DNA of 64,000 bases from Oikopleura dioica (Eukaryota > Animalia > Chordata): NCBI GenBank assembly GCA_907165135.1, contig OU015568.1, forward strand, positions 7,316,001 through 7,380,000. The letters are read 5' to 3'. The first letter of the stretch is position 1. Each line of letters begins with the position of its first letter. The notes below the pieces were generated by a model. The model ran no database searches. It saw only the letters and a list, made by a program, of their open reading frames with translations, and was not told the DNA's origin. The position numbers were made by a program, and so were the translations under genes. This document shows positions 51,201-64,000 of the stretch, in pieces.

Positions 51201-54200
51201 TTGGTGTCAAACAGAAATGCAACGCTTGACATTCCATCAGGTATGAACTCATTTGAACCTTTAGTCGTAATTGACACTGAAAAGACTCTTCTTGAACTCT
51301 CAAGAACTTCGCCGGGAGGTCGCCTATAAATAATTTTACAACAAGGCGATAAAATATCTCCTTAGGAACCATCATCGATTCGGGGTGCACGTCGCCGACC
51401 ATAGAAGAGCAGCTGGCTCCTACTCCTCCAAACTTTGTCTCCCAGCTCCAAGAAAATCTGAACAAATTTTGGAGCACAGAACAAAAAGATGAAGACACTC
51501 AGACAAACTGGTCCAATGCCGATGAATCAAACGAGGAGCTCGCAGTTTTTGAATGGACGCACTACGATGAATCCCAATCTGCAGATATTGGAGATGACAT
51601 CCACGTAAATTTTTCATCTCTCGACATTGTCATCACTCCTGACACTTTATCCGTTCTTCTGTCTGTGCTTCATCGTCTCAAACCTCCTGGAAAAACGAAA
51701 AACCCTACTGACGAGGACGAAAAGACCGATAATAACAATAAAGAGCGCCTTACAGTTATCCACTTTGAAATGAAAACTATCAACTTGATGGTCGGAGTCG
51801 CTGAGGGCATCGGCGAAAGTCGTATGGGCAGGAAAATTGCCACTGCAGGGATAGAAGAATTTCGGTCTGTCGTTGAAATTCAAAATCCAGGAAATGTCAC
51901 AATATCTGGAAAAATTGGATCGATCTTTGGGTCCGACTTGGCAATTGCTCACGAGAATGCATATAAGAGGTCTTACTCTAGCAGGAAAGGTCATAAGTAT
52001 ATTATCAATCATAAGTAAAGCAGGGAACTAAAATTTTAAAATGTCATGTTCATGTAGATTCGTTGAGAAGTCTCCGTAGTCAGGGCTTTCTTCACTGCCT
52101 TTTTCGATTTCTTCCCCAAGTCTTTGCTTTCAAGAAAAAGCTGCTTGCAGTAGTCGATAGAAACTCTTCTTAGCTGCTTGGTCATCTTTTATCAAAAACT
52201 TTATCGATTTTTTGGATAACTTTTTTGTTATGAAACTAGTGCTGTCGAACGCTGATTATATATGGGTTCAAGAGGGCGCTAAAAGTAAAGATTTTGCTAG
52301 AAAATCTATAGGTGGCCTCATAACTCTCCACCGGAGATCTTATTTACGTACATAAACTTAGCCGAACCTATTGTGAAGTTCAAGTTTTTATTACTTGTAA
52401 CCAGTCTTATCCGGTTAATTTTATGATATTCATGCGATGACCATAATATAGAATTTTCGCTCTAGGAACGCCGAAGATCAAGGATCTTGAGTTTGACAAA
52501 ATCTTTGATAATGTTCAAAACGATGCCTTCACATTTGACTTGCAACGGTGCAACGTCGACAATGAAAATTACAGAATCGACCTTGGAATTGAAACCGCAT
52601 CCTTGTGCTACATCCATTCACCGCAATTTTTGGGCCAAGTCGTTCACTGTATGAATGAATTCAAGAAGCATTTTGATGCGAAGCTCTCCGTTCATGCGCA
52701 GAAAAGATTTCAAGAAGCCCTGTCAAATCTATACGAAAAAGTAGCTGACGTTGCGATCGGTCCAGCACCAGCCATGGCTGATTTCCGAATGAAGATGAAC
52801 TTCAAATCACCTTACGTCGTTCTTCCAAAGCAGTTTGGAAGCTCGGAAATGCTCCTTGCGAAAATTGGGTCAATAAGCTTTGAAAATCAAGGACTGAAAA
52901 ACTTCTCCATGGAAATTAAAGATGGGTCAGTTAGCTCCGTGAACAACAACCACGGATGCAATCTTGAATTCTGTGGGCTAATTCTTGAGAAAACCGACGT
53001 GAATTTGAAGTTCGACTTGAACGACGACAAAATATCCGTCTCGGTGGCTTTACCAGCGAAACCAATTCTCACTCTGACGAAAATGAATTACGAACAGATT
53101 CTGAAAACACTCGACAATGTTGCCATTCCTGACAAGGCGAAGGAACCGAGTTCGGAAGAAAATAAAGAGTCGGAGGCTGAAAAACCTGAATTCAAGCCGA
53201 TTTTCTTCATGATGCACATTCCATCGGCGACAATCAACATGACAGATGAAGCAGAGCGAAACTCCGTGCAATTTATCTTCTATGATTTTTGGTGTAATTT
53301 TGAAAAACTTGAACCGACTGAATTCAATGTTGACTTGGCGCTTGGTTCAGTAGAGGCGATCGATGCTGAAAGTCCTGACCAGTATATGCTGCGATCAAGG
53401 AGGACTGACAAATCGTTTGGGTAAGCCTTTTTATACTAATTGAAAGCTAATGTTTTATCTAGTCGAAGACGCTGGAAGAGCTGTACACTTCCTATCGCTG
53501 AACTTGTTCCGAGACCGAGGAAACGAGTCCGATCAATTTGCCTAGCCGATTTCGGTGTTCGAACGTCTCAGTCTCTCCGTGCTAAATATCTCGAGTTCTT
53601 CCGCGATTCCTGTGAGCCACTCGTCAAGATTAACATCAACCAGAAGAATCCCATTGGATTGTCTGGCAAGCGCAAGGTGAAGATCCTCATATCAAGACTT
53701 GATGCCGGAATCAACCTGCAGAGTTGGGTTACGCTCATAGATTTCTTCACCCCGTCGTCCGCACCTCTAGGCTTGTGGTTTTTTTGATCGGCAAATTTTG
53801 TGATAGCAGTTTTACTCATTCCACGAAAATTATTTTAAGTCACGACTCGTTACATAAGTTGTCTTATCATCATTATTGTTACGAAAATACGTGATAACTT
53901 TTGCTTATTAGTAGATAATCAATTACGGGACTTTAGCGTAATATATAATTATCACGAAGCCAATTAATTTTCCTGTTAGCATTCGTTACTCTCGTAGAAA
54001 AATAAACCATCTGAAGATCGTGTCACGTCAACAACATCATCCCAGCCAGATGGTCTCACGGCTGAAGCCAGGAAATTCCGAAAAAAAGTCATTGAAAATC
54101 AGGGAGCGCCGATAGACACGAAAATTTACTTCGAGGTTGAAAAATTCACGATTATCTTCAACAAGCCAGAATATCAATTTTCGAAGGCGTCGCTTCAAAA

Positions 54201-57200
54201 ACTCTCGATGGAACTACATCTTTATCAGACTACCCACCGGTATGAAGGGTCGATCGGGGAGCTGACTCTCTACGATCTGTCTCCTGCCGGGTTTCTTTAC
54301 AGAGAGCGATTTGTCACCGATAAGGATTCAAAAGAAATTCTCAACTTTCAAATATTTCGATACAACAAGCCCGACCACGAGTGCAAGCGGGAATTCGATT
54401 TGAAGGTGAAGATAAGGATGAATCAGATCATGTATATTCACACTCACCGTTTTCAATCAGAATTAACCGCGTATTTTCTTCACTTCCACCAGCTCCTCGA
54501 GCTCGTCAATCATTATCGCGCTGCCATGGTCGGAGCAGAAGTAACTAATCTCGGCCGTGGATCACGAGTCATGTTGGACATCACTGCTGATAATCCAACT
54601 CTGATTTTACCTGAATCTAGTTATAGTCCGAAAGTGATCATTGCTGACCTCGGTAAATTGTCGATCTCCAATACTTTCAAGCTCAGTGACGAGGAAGGAA
54701 CGCTACACTTCGAAGAATATGCTCAGAATGGATTTCCGGAGAAGAAAGTCTTGCTCGATTGCATCACAGTTGGCTTGAAAGAAATGGATATTTGGATTGC
54801 TGATCGAATGGAGTTGAGCGACGCTGGAGAGAGCGACCTCAAATTCAACGGATTCAAATTTGTCAGGCATCAGCAATCTCTCCTCAAGAAACGGGTAGAA
54901 CTGTCCCTTGCTATCGAAAGAAATCTTCAGCAGAATGTCGACCGGTCAGTTCCCGACATGCACATCAATGGTACTCTCAGCGAGGCATACTTCGGATTGA
55001 ATAGAAGCCAATTCTGGGTCGTTCGCGACTTCCTCGAGCACAATCTCGGTGAGATGCAGCCAATATACGAACGACCATCCGTTCCAGTGAATATTGAAGA
55101 AGCGATGACAGAAACAGTCATGACTGGGGAAGTCTTCAGAAATCTAAAGTTCAATCTTGGGCTCAAGAATGTCACAGTCGAGCTTGGAGAGGTCAACGGC
55201 GATAAACTCGTGAAAATGGAATTTGTCGATTCTACCCTGAATTTTGAAGCCCTCTCGAATAATCACAAGCACACGAATCTTGTCTGCAAAGCCTACAATG
55301 CTTGGGACTGCCGCGAACTCTACAACATCCATCCCTCATTCCAGAAGGTCATTGCAGCTGATTTAGAAGACGAAGATATCTGCCAAATTGAAATCGTTTT
55401 CAAAGCAACGCCCGACGGCGCTTCCTTCAAGCTTGTAACGGAAAAAACTAGAATAATTGTTCTGCCAGAATGGTCGAAGCAAACATTGAACTATCTTCTG
55501 GAGCATCCGATCGATGGCTACGGAGATGATTTGCGGAAGATCAACTACGACCTGATTAAAAAGTGGAAACAAGAACCGAGCGATCCAAAGAACACTGGCG
55601 AAAAGGGTAAGATGAACTTGGATATCACTACGAACGTTCACGGGACAGAGTTTCTGATCATTAATGATCTTACATCTTCGAAATCTGCAGCGATTACCCT
55701 CCGCTCGACCGCTGTTCTGCACAAGAATGAGTTCTCTACTGTTTTGCAGTTGCAATGTCTGGAGCTTTTTAGCTGTGAGCTGTCGAATGAAGAACAAACA
55801 TCGCTGTCAATTCTTGATCCGACAAGTCTGAATCTTGAATTTTCAACTCCTCAAGACGAAAAGCCAAAACTCGAAATTAATTTTGACGAAATCAACATGC
55901 GTCTATCGTACACCGACTTTCTGCTCATTCGATCTATCGGTCAGAGTTTACAACTCACCCTACGAGGAGAGCCAGACGGAGCAACCGAGACTGCGAAGCC
56001 AAGCTTTCCAGATGGATCAATTGTTCGAAAAGAACGAGGAAAAGAGATCACTATCTGGCGGCCGTACGAGCTATTGCTGCGATCAGATGACGACAAGGCG
56101 CCAGTTCCCCCAAAGCTTCAAGAGCTTCAGGAAATCGACGCGAACCTCAATGGTGAAAGCGTTTCCATGACTTTCATCGACGACTCCGGAGAACGAGACA
56201 TTCCTTTGATAGAGTTCGAATTGAAAGAGATTGGTCTTGTTGCAAACAACAAATTTGTCCGAATGCACAACACCTTCTTCGTCCAAAAGTTCAACCAGCA
56301 GCTTTCACTCTGGGAACCCCTTATTGAACCTTACAAATTGATGATTCGAGGGGATCGCTCTGAAGATCACGGAGGCTATAACATTAACTTGCTTACTTTT
56401 ACTCGATTGGATTTGAATTTAACTATGGACCTCTACTATCTTTTAGCCCACCAGATTCCTCATCTGTCTGATCTTATTTCTGGGTCATCCGTTCGGCAAT
56501 TTGATGTTCGAAAGAAATTCCGCCCTTACACACTAAACAATGTAACCGGCTATACAGTGACCTACTGCACCAGTGCAGAGTCTTTGGGTAAGCCATGGCG
56601 GAAGGTACCGACGGACACTCAAGATGACTTCACATTCGCCAGGGGCCATCAAAAGATTCGAGAGTACCGACAGCAATCACATCGCATCTGGATTAAAGTT
56701 GGCGACTACACTAGTCTTCAACCTATTGCCGTGAACAAAGTTGGTCTGTACTTCCGACACGCAGTACATCCTGGAGGAAAAATGCCAATTCGAATCCTTA
56801 TTGAAGTCCGACTTACCGATTCAGCAAGAAAAATGGTGACGATTCGTTCAGCTGTTAAGATTTCTTCGAAACATTCTGAACCCCTTGAGATTTACAAGCG
56901 CTCAGATTATACGATCGATGATATCTATGAAATAACGCCTCTTGGTACTGTTCAGCCTCAGGAAGAATTATATATTCCACTGCAGCACGCTGACGGTCAG
57001 TTCGTAGTTCGCCCGGTCGGCGATCTTTACAAAATATCTGAATCGACAATAAATTGGAGAGACTACCCAAGAGGAATGTTTACTATCGACTGCGATCCTC
57101 ACAGAGTTTCCGACCGTAAAACATCGTTCCAAGTTGAAATCCGGTCGTTCGATCTTCCTCAAGGCCAAGAGCTGACAGAAGAAATCCGAAAGATTTACAA

Positions 57201-60200
57201 AAAGCAAAGAATTATAACGCTAGATTCGTCCTACGATCACTTGAACTTTCAAATGCCTGGCAATAATATTATCATTTATCCTGGAATCAAGATGAAAAAT
57301 TTGCTGCCCTGTGAAATTCAATTTCAACTCAGCGGATTTGAAGGTACAATTCAGCCACATCAAGAACAAACAATCTATTTTTCGCCGAATGAAATTAAAT
57401 TCCGAATCCGTCTTGAAGGATTTGAATCGAGCTCTGAAGTAAATCTCTCTCACAATCGAGATGTGCTAACTGAGATGAGGATAATTGACCAAAATCGACG
57501 ACTTCTTATCCTCAACGTCAGGCTGACGATTGAACCCACCATCCAAATTCACATCAGTTCACGCTACTGGCTTATCAACCACACTAGCTTGCCGCTCGTT
57601 CTCCGCCAAAGCCAATCTGCTTTTGACGCTGCTGGTCAGTTCGATGAGCATGAAAGCGCCCGTTGCCGCACTCCACTTCTATTTTCATATACAGATCGGG
57701 AATGTCCTTCCTACTGTCAGCTTCGTCTTGGCTCGAAAAAGTTCGCAAGAGCAACGAGTCATTGGACGAATGAGTTTTCTTTGGAAGACGACTGTCATCG
57801 GGAAATTCAAGCAGAATATCAAACTTACCAGCTTGGAATTTCAGTGAGAAATGGCACCGAAGATTATCGCGATACTAAAATTGTAACTGTCACTCCTCGT
57901 TTTACTATTCACAACTCAACTCCATTCAACCTCAACTTTGCACAACAATACCTCGTTTTCGGCAAATGGCATCAAGATCCTGAAGTCGGCAAGTTCGAGT
58001 CTGCTTCTCCAGGAGCTTCGTGCAACTTTGACTGGCCAGATATCAAGAAAGATAAAGTCCTATGTATTCGAATCACTGATCCGGTCGACACCCGCTGGTC
58101 GGGTGGCTTTCCTATCAATGTCGTGAAGACAAGCTACTTGAATGTCAAATTCAGTTCTCTTGACATGATCTTTCTCGAGGTATCAGTTTCATATCATGCG
58201 GCGATGTTCTTCGTCGAAGTTCGCGAAATGAAAACTGCGCCATTGATAAGAATTGACAATCTCTCTGCCGTTCCCGTCAGCATCATTCAAGAAAAGTGCC
58301 GGGACAACTCATTACGAGCTGAAATACCACCTGATTGTTCAATGCCCTACATCTGCGATGAACCGATGCTTCCTGAGATCATCACTTGCTCGGTAAAATC
58401 TGGGAAGAAAAGCGAGCTGGTCAATCTTGAAGAGTTGAATACCACCACTACTCTTTACTACGAAAACTTGTTCTACATCGAATCGCGAGAAAATATGGTG
58501 CTGGACGTTGATGCATCAAAACTACTGTTTGTCCGACAGAAAGATCAGTCCAGAAGAAGTCAGCTTTGGCGAACCGATCCATCTTCCTCCCTGATCAATG
58601 CAAAGCATGAAAATCTGATACTTGACCCGACTACTCTGAAGCTTGTTGATCCAACACAGAAGAAAAAACATTATAAAAAGTGGTCTTTCAAGAAGCATGT
58701 GATATGTTCTGGATCGAATCGTCTTTACTTGAATAACCTTGAGTGTCCTGTGTTTTTGAAGGACGACAAAACTGAGCACATTGATTCCGAAGATCTGACT
58801 CCTTTCAAAAAAGTCCGTCAAAACAAGGGCTCAGGCCAGCTCCACCTTCGTGTTGTAAGAGACGGACCAAGACGTGTTCTCCAAATCTACGACATTTTGA
58901 AAAGCCATGGAACATCTGTCGACAGTGGAAATTTGAACGTAGAATGCAAAGAAAAGGTTGACAAGTTCATTTCCTCGACTAAAGCTGTCAAATGCGGAAC
59001 AAGATATTCTTTTGGTGTGGATATGCCTGCTGGAATCGGAGTTTCTGTAATCGCGCAACTTGTAAATCACCAAAAAGAAGAGCTGTTCTTCTTGCAAGTG
59101 AGAGGAATCAACATTCAAGCGGAAATAAAAAGAAACTCGGAAATACACTTTCAGTTTTCTGCGCATTTTATTCAATGTGACAACCAAGTTCGCGGCGCTT
59201 ATCCGAGGGTTCTTATCGAAAAGAATATGCAGAAAGTGGACAAGCGATTGGTCAGAAATGTTTTGTCTGTGTCGATGGCAACTCTTCCGAACACTGAAAA
59301 CGCGCCTGGTCTCTTTAGGTAATTTTTTCATCGTATTTCCGATCTAATAAAGATAATTTTAAGACTTCTGAAGATAGAAACTTGTCCCCTCGTGTTCAAG
59401 ATCAACGAAGGACTAATTCTGCGAATGATGATGCTCGTGGACAGTCTCAAAGTAAAGAAAGTAACTCCTGCCAGCGTGTTTACCAAAGACCCGCAGTCGC
59501 TTTTCTTAAATGAATTGCGAGCTAATGCGACGAAGCCCAAGAATCGCTTCTACTGCGAAGAGTTGTTTATCAAACTCGACGAGCTGACGGTTTCTCTTTA
59601 TAGAGATACAGATCTACCGAGAGAACTGAAGCGATACAAGACAAAGGCTAGGCTTACTCTCATACAGTTCGAAGATGCCAGGTAATCCGAATCTGATTTA
59701 TCTTTTATGACACTTTTTAGGATAAACATCGATCCTTACTACGTAAAATACAGCTACAAAGACATGGGTGCTTATCAAAACGACCTGGTGACGTTCATCA
59801 ATGCAAGCGTGAAGAATCAAGCTTACAAAGTTTTGGGTGCTGTTGATTTCCTCGGAAATCCACTCGGCCTTGCGCACGATATCAAAGATGGCCTAGAAGG
59901 AGTCTTAGAAGGAAACTTCTCTTCTGTGATTCAAGGTTGTTCTCATCATCCTGTAGCATTAATCTTACAATAAATATTCTTAGGCACAACGAGAGGTCTC
60001 GCGAATTCCGCGTCGAAATTTGTCGGTAGTGTGGCTGATGCTGTTTCATCGCTTGCAGGAGATCGAGAATATGAAAACGATCGAAGACGCAGAAGACTTC
60101 AGAGAGTCGACTTCGGGAACGCAGTGGATGGGCTTGCTTATGGAGTGCTGGGTGGAATGACAAGCATTCCCGATCAGACGTACAAGGCTGTTCAAACGGA

Positions 60201-60891
60201 CGGAGTGGCTGGTTTCTTCAGTGGATTGGGCAAGGGTGTCATGGGAACATTCATAAAGGTTTGTTACTTTTTCTTTAGTACTTGCTCAACAGTTTTTTTA
60301 GCCGATGACCGGTGTCCTTGACTTCGCTACCAGTACCGCTACTGTTATTCGAGACAGTGCAGACAGAAAGAAAAAAGGCTTGGCTACTCGCTATCCGAGA
60401 TTAATTTCTGATGTCAATGGTGGCTTACCAATTTACGACGAAGGGATGGCCAAAGCTCAAGACTTCCTGCTCGGTATCTATCCAAACTTGTTGGAGAAGC
60501 TGTTCTTTACATGGAAGATCGAGGCGTTTAACGAATGTCATATTTTATGCGTTACAGAATCGAGGGTGTATCTTTTTGGAGAAACGTCGAATGATTTCAT
60601 GGAAATCTTCAAATTTACTTTTGATCAACTTGTTGATATTATTTCCCGTGAGAATAGGGTCGTTTTTGATCTGAAAAACACGAGGTGAGCCTACCTTTTG
60701 GATTTATTTCTAAAGAAAATTTAGGGAAAAGCTGGTTTGTAAAACGCCAGAAGATGCTCTTACAGTCTACAAACAAGTTGAGAGCATTTGGAATCTCTAC
60801 AAAGATGACCAGCACACCTTCACGGACGTGTAGTACCTCAAACCTTTTCCTGAACAATTCAATACTTATCAACTTACTCCTCCCTATATAA
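48230..60891 (+). CDS. VPS13D: VPS13D bridge-like lipid transfer protein, multi-exon
   Basis: Chorein-N MFEGVGAYLINYYLGEFLED; ERFVTD..FQIFRY..YIHTHRFQSEL..RVMLDITADNPTLILPES; VAB repeats; ricin-like SQLWR segment; C-terminal GAVDFLGNPLG and ATG2_C; 3' end approximate. Confidence 0.88.
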
Positions 60892-61014
60892 AAAACCTAT
60901 TATTCTAAAGTTAAACCATACTGCAATTGCCCAATGCCCACTTCAGTTCCCATTCTGCAATTTTTTCCTGAAATAAATATTATCTGTTTTCAGATAGAAA
61001 AATAATACAACAAA

Positions 61015-62024
61015 ATGAGTGTTAAACTGACAGCAGCGCAAAAAGCGGAAATTGAAAATAAACGGCTCGATGCATTGGATAGAAAACGTACGAAGGCTAA
61101 TCAGAGGCTTGAGAAGGAGAGTTTGAAAAGTTCGATTGATAAAAAGGTTTATTTTCAAGAGAAAAAAAGATTGGAATAAAATTTTAAGCGTGGCGGTGCA
61201 TCAAAGCGCCCCGCAACTTCGAGTGAAATTATGTTAATTAATGACAACGCAGAAAATTTGGAACAATACGGCGAAAAATATATTGACACTGGGGCTGGTT
61301 TCCTTTTGAGTGCCAATCAGAAAAGATACAAACCAAAGGAGGCCGCGCCTGAAGAAATACTGGACACGGACCTGTGCGATGACTGCGGACTTCCATTTGA
61401 GAACAGTTATCTTCGGAAACATTATGGCGCGCTTGTTTGCGACGATTGCAAAGATGACGAGAAGTATCCCTTGATGACGTTGTCCGAAGTAAAAACAGAG
61501 TACCTGTTGAATGATAATATGCTCAAGAGAGATCCCCCTCTGCGATTTATTCTCAAGAAAAATCCACACAATCCCTCGTGGGGTGAGATGAAGTTGTTTC
61601 TTCTTCCACAAGGTTGGGTTGATTTCCAGTTGTGTTATTTTGAAATCAAAGATGAAAATCATTATTCACCCAAATTCAGTTGAAGCGCGTGCCTTGCAGA
61701 TTCATGAAAGCTGGGAAAAGCTTGAAGAGTTAAAAAGTACTTATAGAACTTTATATATTTATTAAAAGTAAATTATTCTTCAAATGCAATTGCAATTTTT
61801 CATCATTCTTTTCAGAGGAGCGCGAAAGTAAACGTGTCCAACGCCAACAAAAACTATTCGACAAAAAGCTTCAAAAGCTAAAGCAAGAGGTTCGAGCACG
61901 CAACTACAAAGTCGCAGCATCAAGTCAGCACGAGCATGATTATTCCAAAGTCGAGCACATCAAGGGCGATCTTTACCGAAAAACTTGCGAATGTGGGGTC
62001 TCTGTTGAATATGAAGAGTTTTAA
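61015..62024 (+). CDS. XPA: DNA repair protein XPA, multi-exon
   Basis: IENKRLDAL; IDTGAGFLL; C4 finger CDDCG..VCDDC; LKRDPPLRFILKKNPHNPSWGEMKLFL; HEH..YRKTCEC. Confidence 0.95.
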
Positions 62025-62114
62025 CTCGCCCCTTTCCGCCTTTCTTCTGCCTCCTACAGATATCATTGATGTTTAATATTTCCCAAACTCAAATGTCAGT
62101 AACTTTTCTTCAGA

Positions 62115-63796
62115 ATGGAAGGTGGATATGATCCAAAACGCGTGGCAGAGCTTCAAGAGCAAATGAAGCATCTGTCCGCGGAAGAAAGAGAAGCTATTAG
62201 AAATGAAAAACTTGCGGAGCTTGAGGACCTTCAGAACTTTAGGAACATGTAAGAATCAATTGAATATTTCTCTTTTGATCACTTTCAGGGAGCATAATGA
62301 GGGCTCAACCTACAAAGAAATGACAATGGAGGAATTCGAAAACCACCCTTTATTCATGGATCCTAATCATCTGTACACACAAGACGAAATCGACGACAAT
62401 GAATTCCTCCAACAAATGCAAGCAATGAAATACTCGGATGGTGACACGCTTGATGAACAAGCGGAAGCGTATAAATCAGATGGAACTTTTCATTTCAAGT
62501 GCAAATTGTACAAGAAGGCATGCGTCGCGTACTCTAAGGAAAGATTGCACCAGAATTTTGGAAAAATATTTGCGATGGAAGAGAATCTGGATAATCTGAG
62601 ACAAGGCTATAACGATAAATCCACCAGACAAGCAACTTCTTGGACAATGTTATAACAATAGGGCAGCGGCGCATTTCTTCCGTGGAAATTTGAGACAAGC
62701 AATTCAGGATAGTGGAATGGCCATTAAAATAGACAGAAATTACTTCAAAGCATGGTTGAGGATTTTTCAGTCGTGCGAGAAACTCGGCCGTTTCAAAGAA
62801 GTATGTTTTACTTTTTTTGATGAAATATTTACGCTCATTGAAGGGACTCGAAATGGTGAATAAGGCTTTTGAACTAACATCTGATCGGAGCAAAGAGATG
62901 AATGAAAAGTTCATCCAGTTTAGAGAAAAATTCACAAAGAAATCGAAGGAGATCGAGAAGCTTGAAAGAAAACAGGTAAGCCTCCTTATATTTCTCGCTT
63001 TATAAAAGGAATTCGCAGAGAAGAGAAGATGCGATCAAAAAGGCAAAAGAAAAGAAGCTCGTTGACTGTATTATCGCCTCTGGAGTTACCTTTGATATTC
63101 CAGAAGAGGACAAGAAGCAAGATGATTACAACGAGGAATCTGCCAATGTCATAAAAGCGATAGGTAATTTTTATTTCTCGTGATAAGAATCGACAATTGA
63201 ATTCAGAAACAAATCATCCCTCTGGCTGCAGAGTGCATATCGCTGACGGAGTCCTCAACTGGCCAGTGACCAGGGGTGGATATTTTGAAATCAGCCATTA
63301 TTCCATTTTATTCTAGAGCAAATTTGGCTTGATGAATCGGCTTGAAATTTCGGATGTTATCATCTTTTATATGTTCGAATCAGTCCTGAAAATTTCAGAC
63401 TGATTCATCAAGCCAGTTTTGCTCTGGAAAAAATGGAATAATGAAATGATTTCAAATTATCCACCCCTGCCAGTGACATTCGTTTATCCCGAGCATACGA
63501 CGTCGGATTTCATTGAATCGTTTGCTGAAAACGTGACGACGTACGAAATGATCTCGCACATGTTTGCCGAACCTGCGACTTGGGATAAGGAGGGCAAATA
63601 CAATGTGGACGGAGTGAATGTCTGGATTGAAAACCGAACGCTAGAAAAGCTCATGAAAGTCGACTTGGGAGCTCCGCTCAATAGCGTACTCCGCATGAAA
63701 AACGTGGTCGTCTATGGCGGCTGCCCAAATCTCATCGTGACGGCGCGCGGAAGCCCCTTTGAGAAGCACTTTCTGGGCAAATATGGACTCAAATAA
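62115..63796 (+). CDS. TTC4: Tetratricopeptide repeat protein 4 (Cns1-like co-chaperone), multi-exon
   Basis: HPLFM..QAEAYKSDGTFHFKCKLYKKA; LYNNRAAAHF; C-terminal PVTFVYPEHTTSDFIESFAEN..HMFAEPATWD. Confidence 0.88.
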
Positions 63797-63881
63797 AAAT
63801 ATTTTTTCCTTTTCACGGAAATCTCAGAGAAATTCGCTACTCAATTTTGTTTGCTTTTGTAGAATGAGACTGAGCTAGAAA

Positions 63882-64000
63882 ATGGCTGTCAGAGATCGCC
63901 AAAAGGGAAATTATGTTCTGGAGAAACGACTTGGAGCTGGGAGTTTTGGTGAAGTCTACACTTGCTGGCACAATAAACGAGCAGGTACTCCTCGTTGATT
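63882..64000 (+). CDS. Protein kinase, casein-kinase-1-like N-lobe, first exon; truncated by the window end
   Basis: MAVRDRQKGNYVLEKRLGAGSFGEVY (GxGxFG loop) followed by a G|gtact donor. Confidence 0.7.

Noticed and set aside
54927-59331. Several minus-strand ORFs of 60-170 aa within VPS13D
   Set aside because: Antisense shadows of the long 1704-codon exon

Overview
Gene-dense eukaryotic (metazoan) DNA with mostly 38-50 nt introns and ~100-150 nt gaps between co-oriented genes. This architecture resembles the larvacean tunicate Oikopleura; that is an inference, no taxonomic search was run. Host genes recognised from motifs: TAF5, PARP16, PORCN, MAGOH, DCP2, synaptogyrin, MRPL15, ARIH1, COPS5, DNAAF3, VPS13D, XPA, TTC4 and the start of a CK1-like kinase. 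The dominant feature is an apparently complete, young 25,299-bp Polinton/Maverick (22251-47549) with a 6-bp AAGAGG target-site duplication and 122-bp TIRs differing at one internal position. It sits in what was a 40-nt intron of DNAAF3. It encodes a packaging ATPase, RVE integrase, adenain-like protease, major capsid protein, candidate minor capsid protein and protein-primed PolB. Unusual points: (CGT)n termini instead of AG; about 19 predicted host-sized spliceosomal introns, 17 of them phase 1, including in pPolB and the capsid gene; a terminal-protein-like domain encoded downstream of pPolB rather than at its N-terminus; a triplicated unknown gene family with a shared palindromic promoter cassette; a cluster of small single-pass membrane proteins, one with a kinesin-binding-type LEWD motif; and an acidic protein with a p107-like SAKRRLF cyclin-docking motif. 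Gene models were spliced by eye; homology calls rest on recalled motifs, not database searches.
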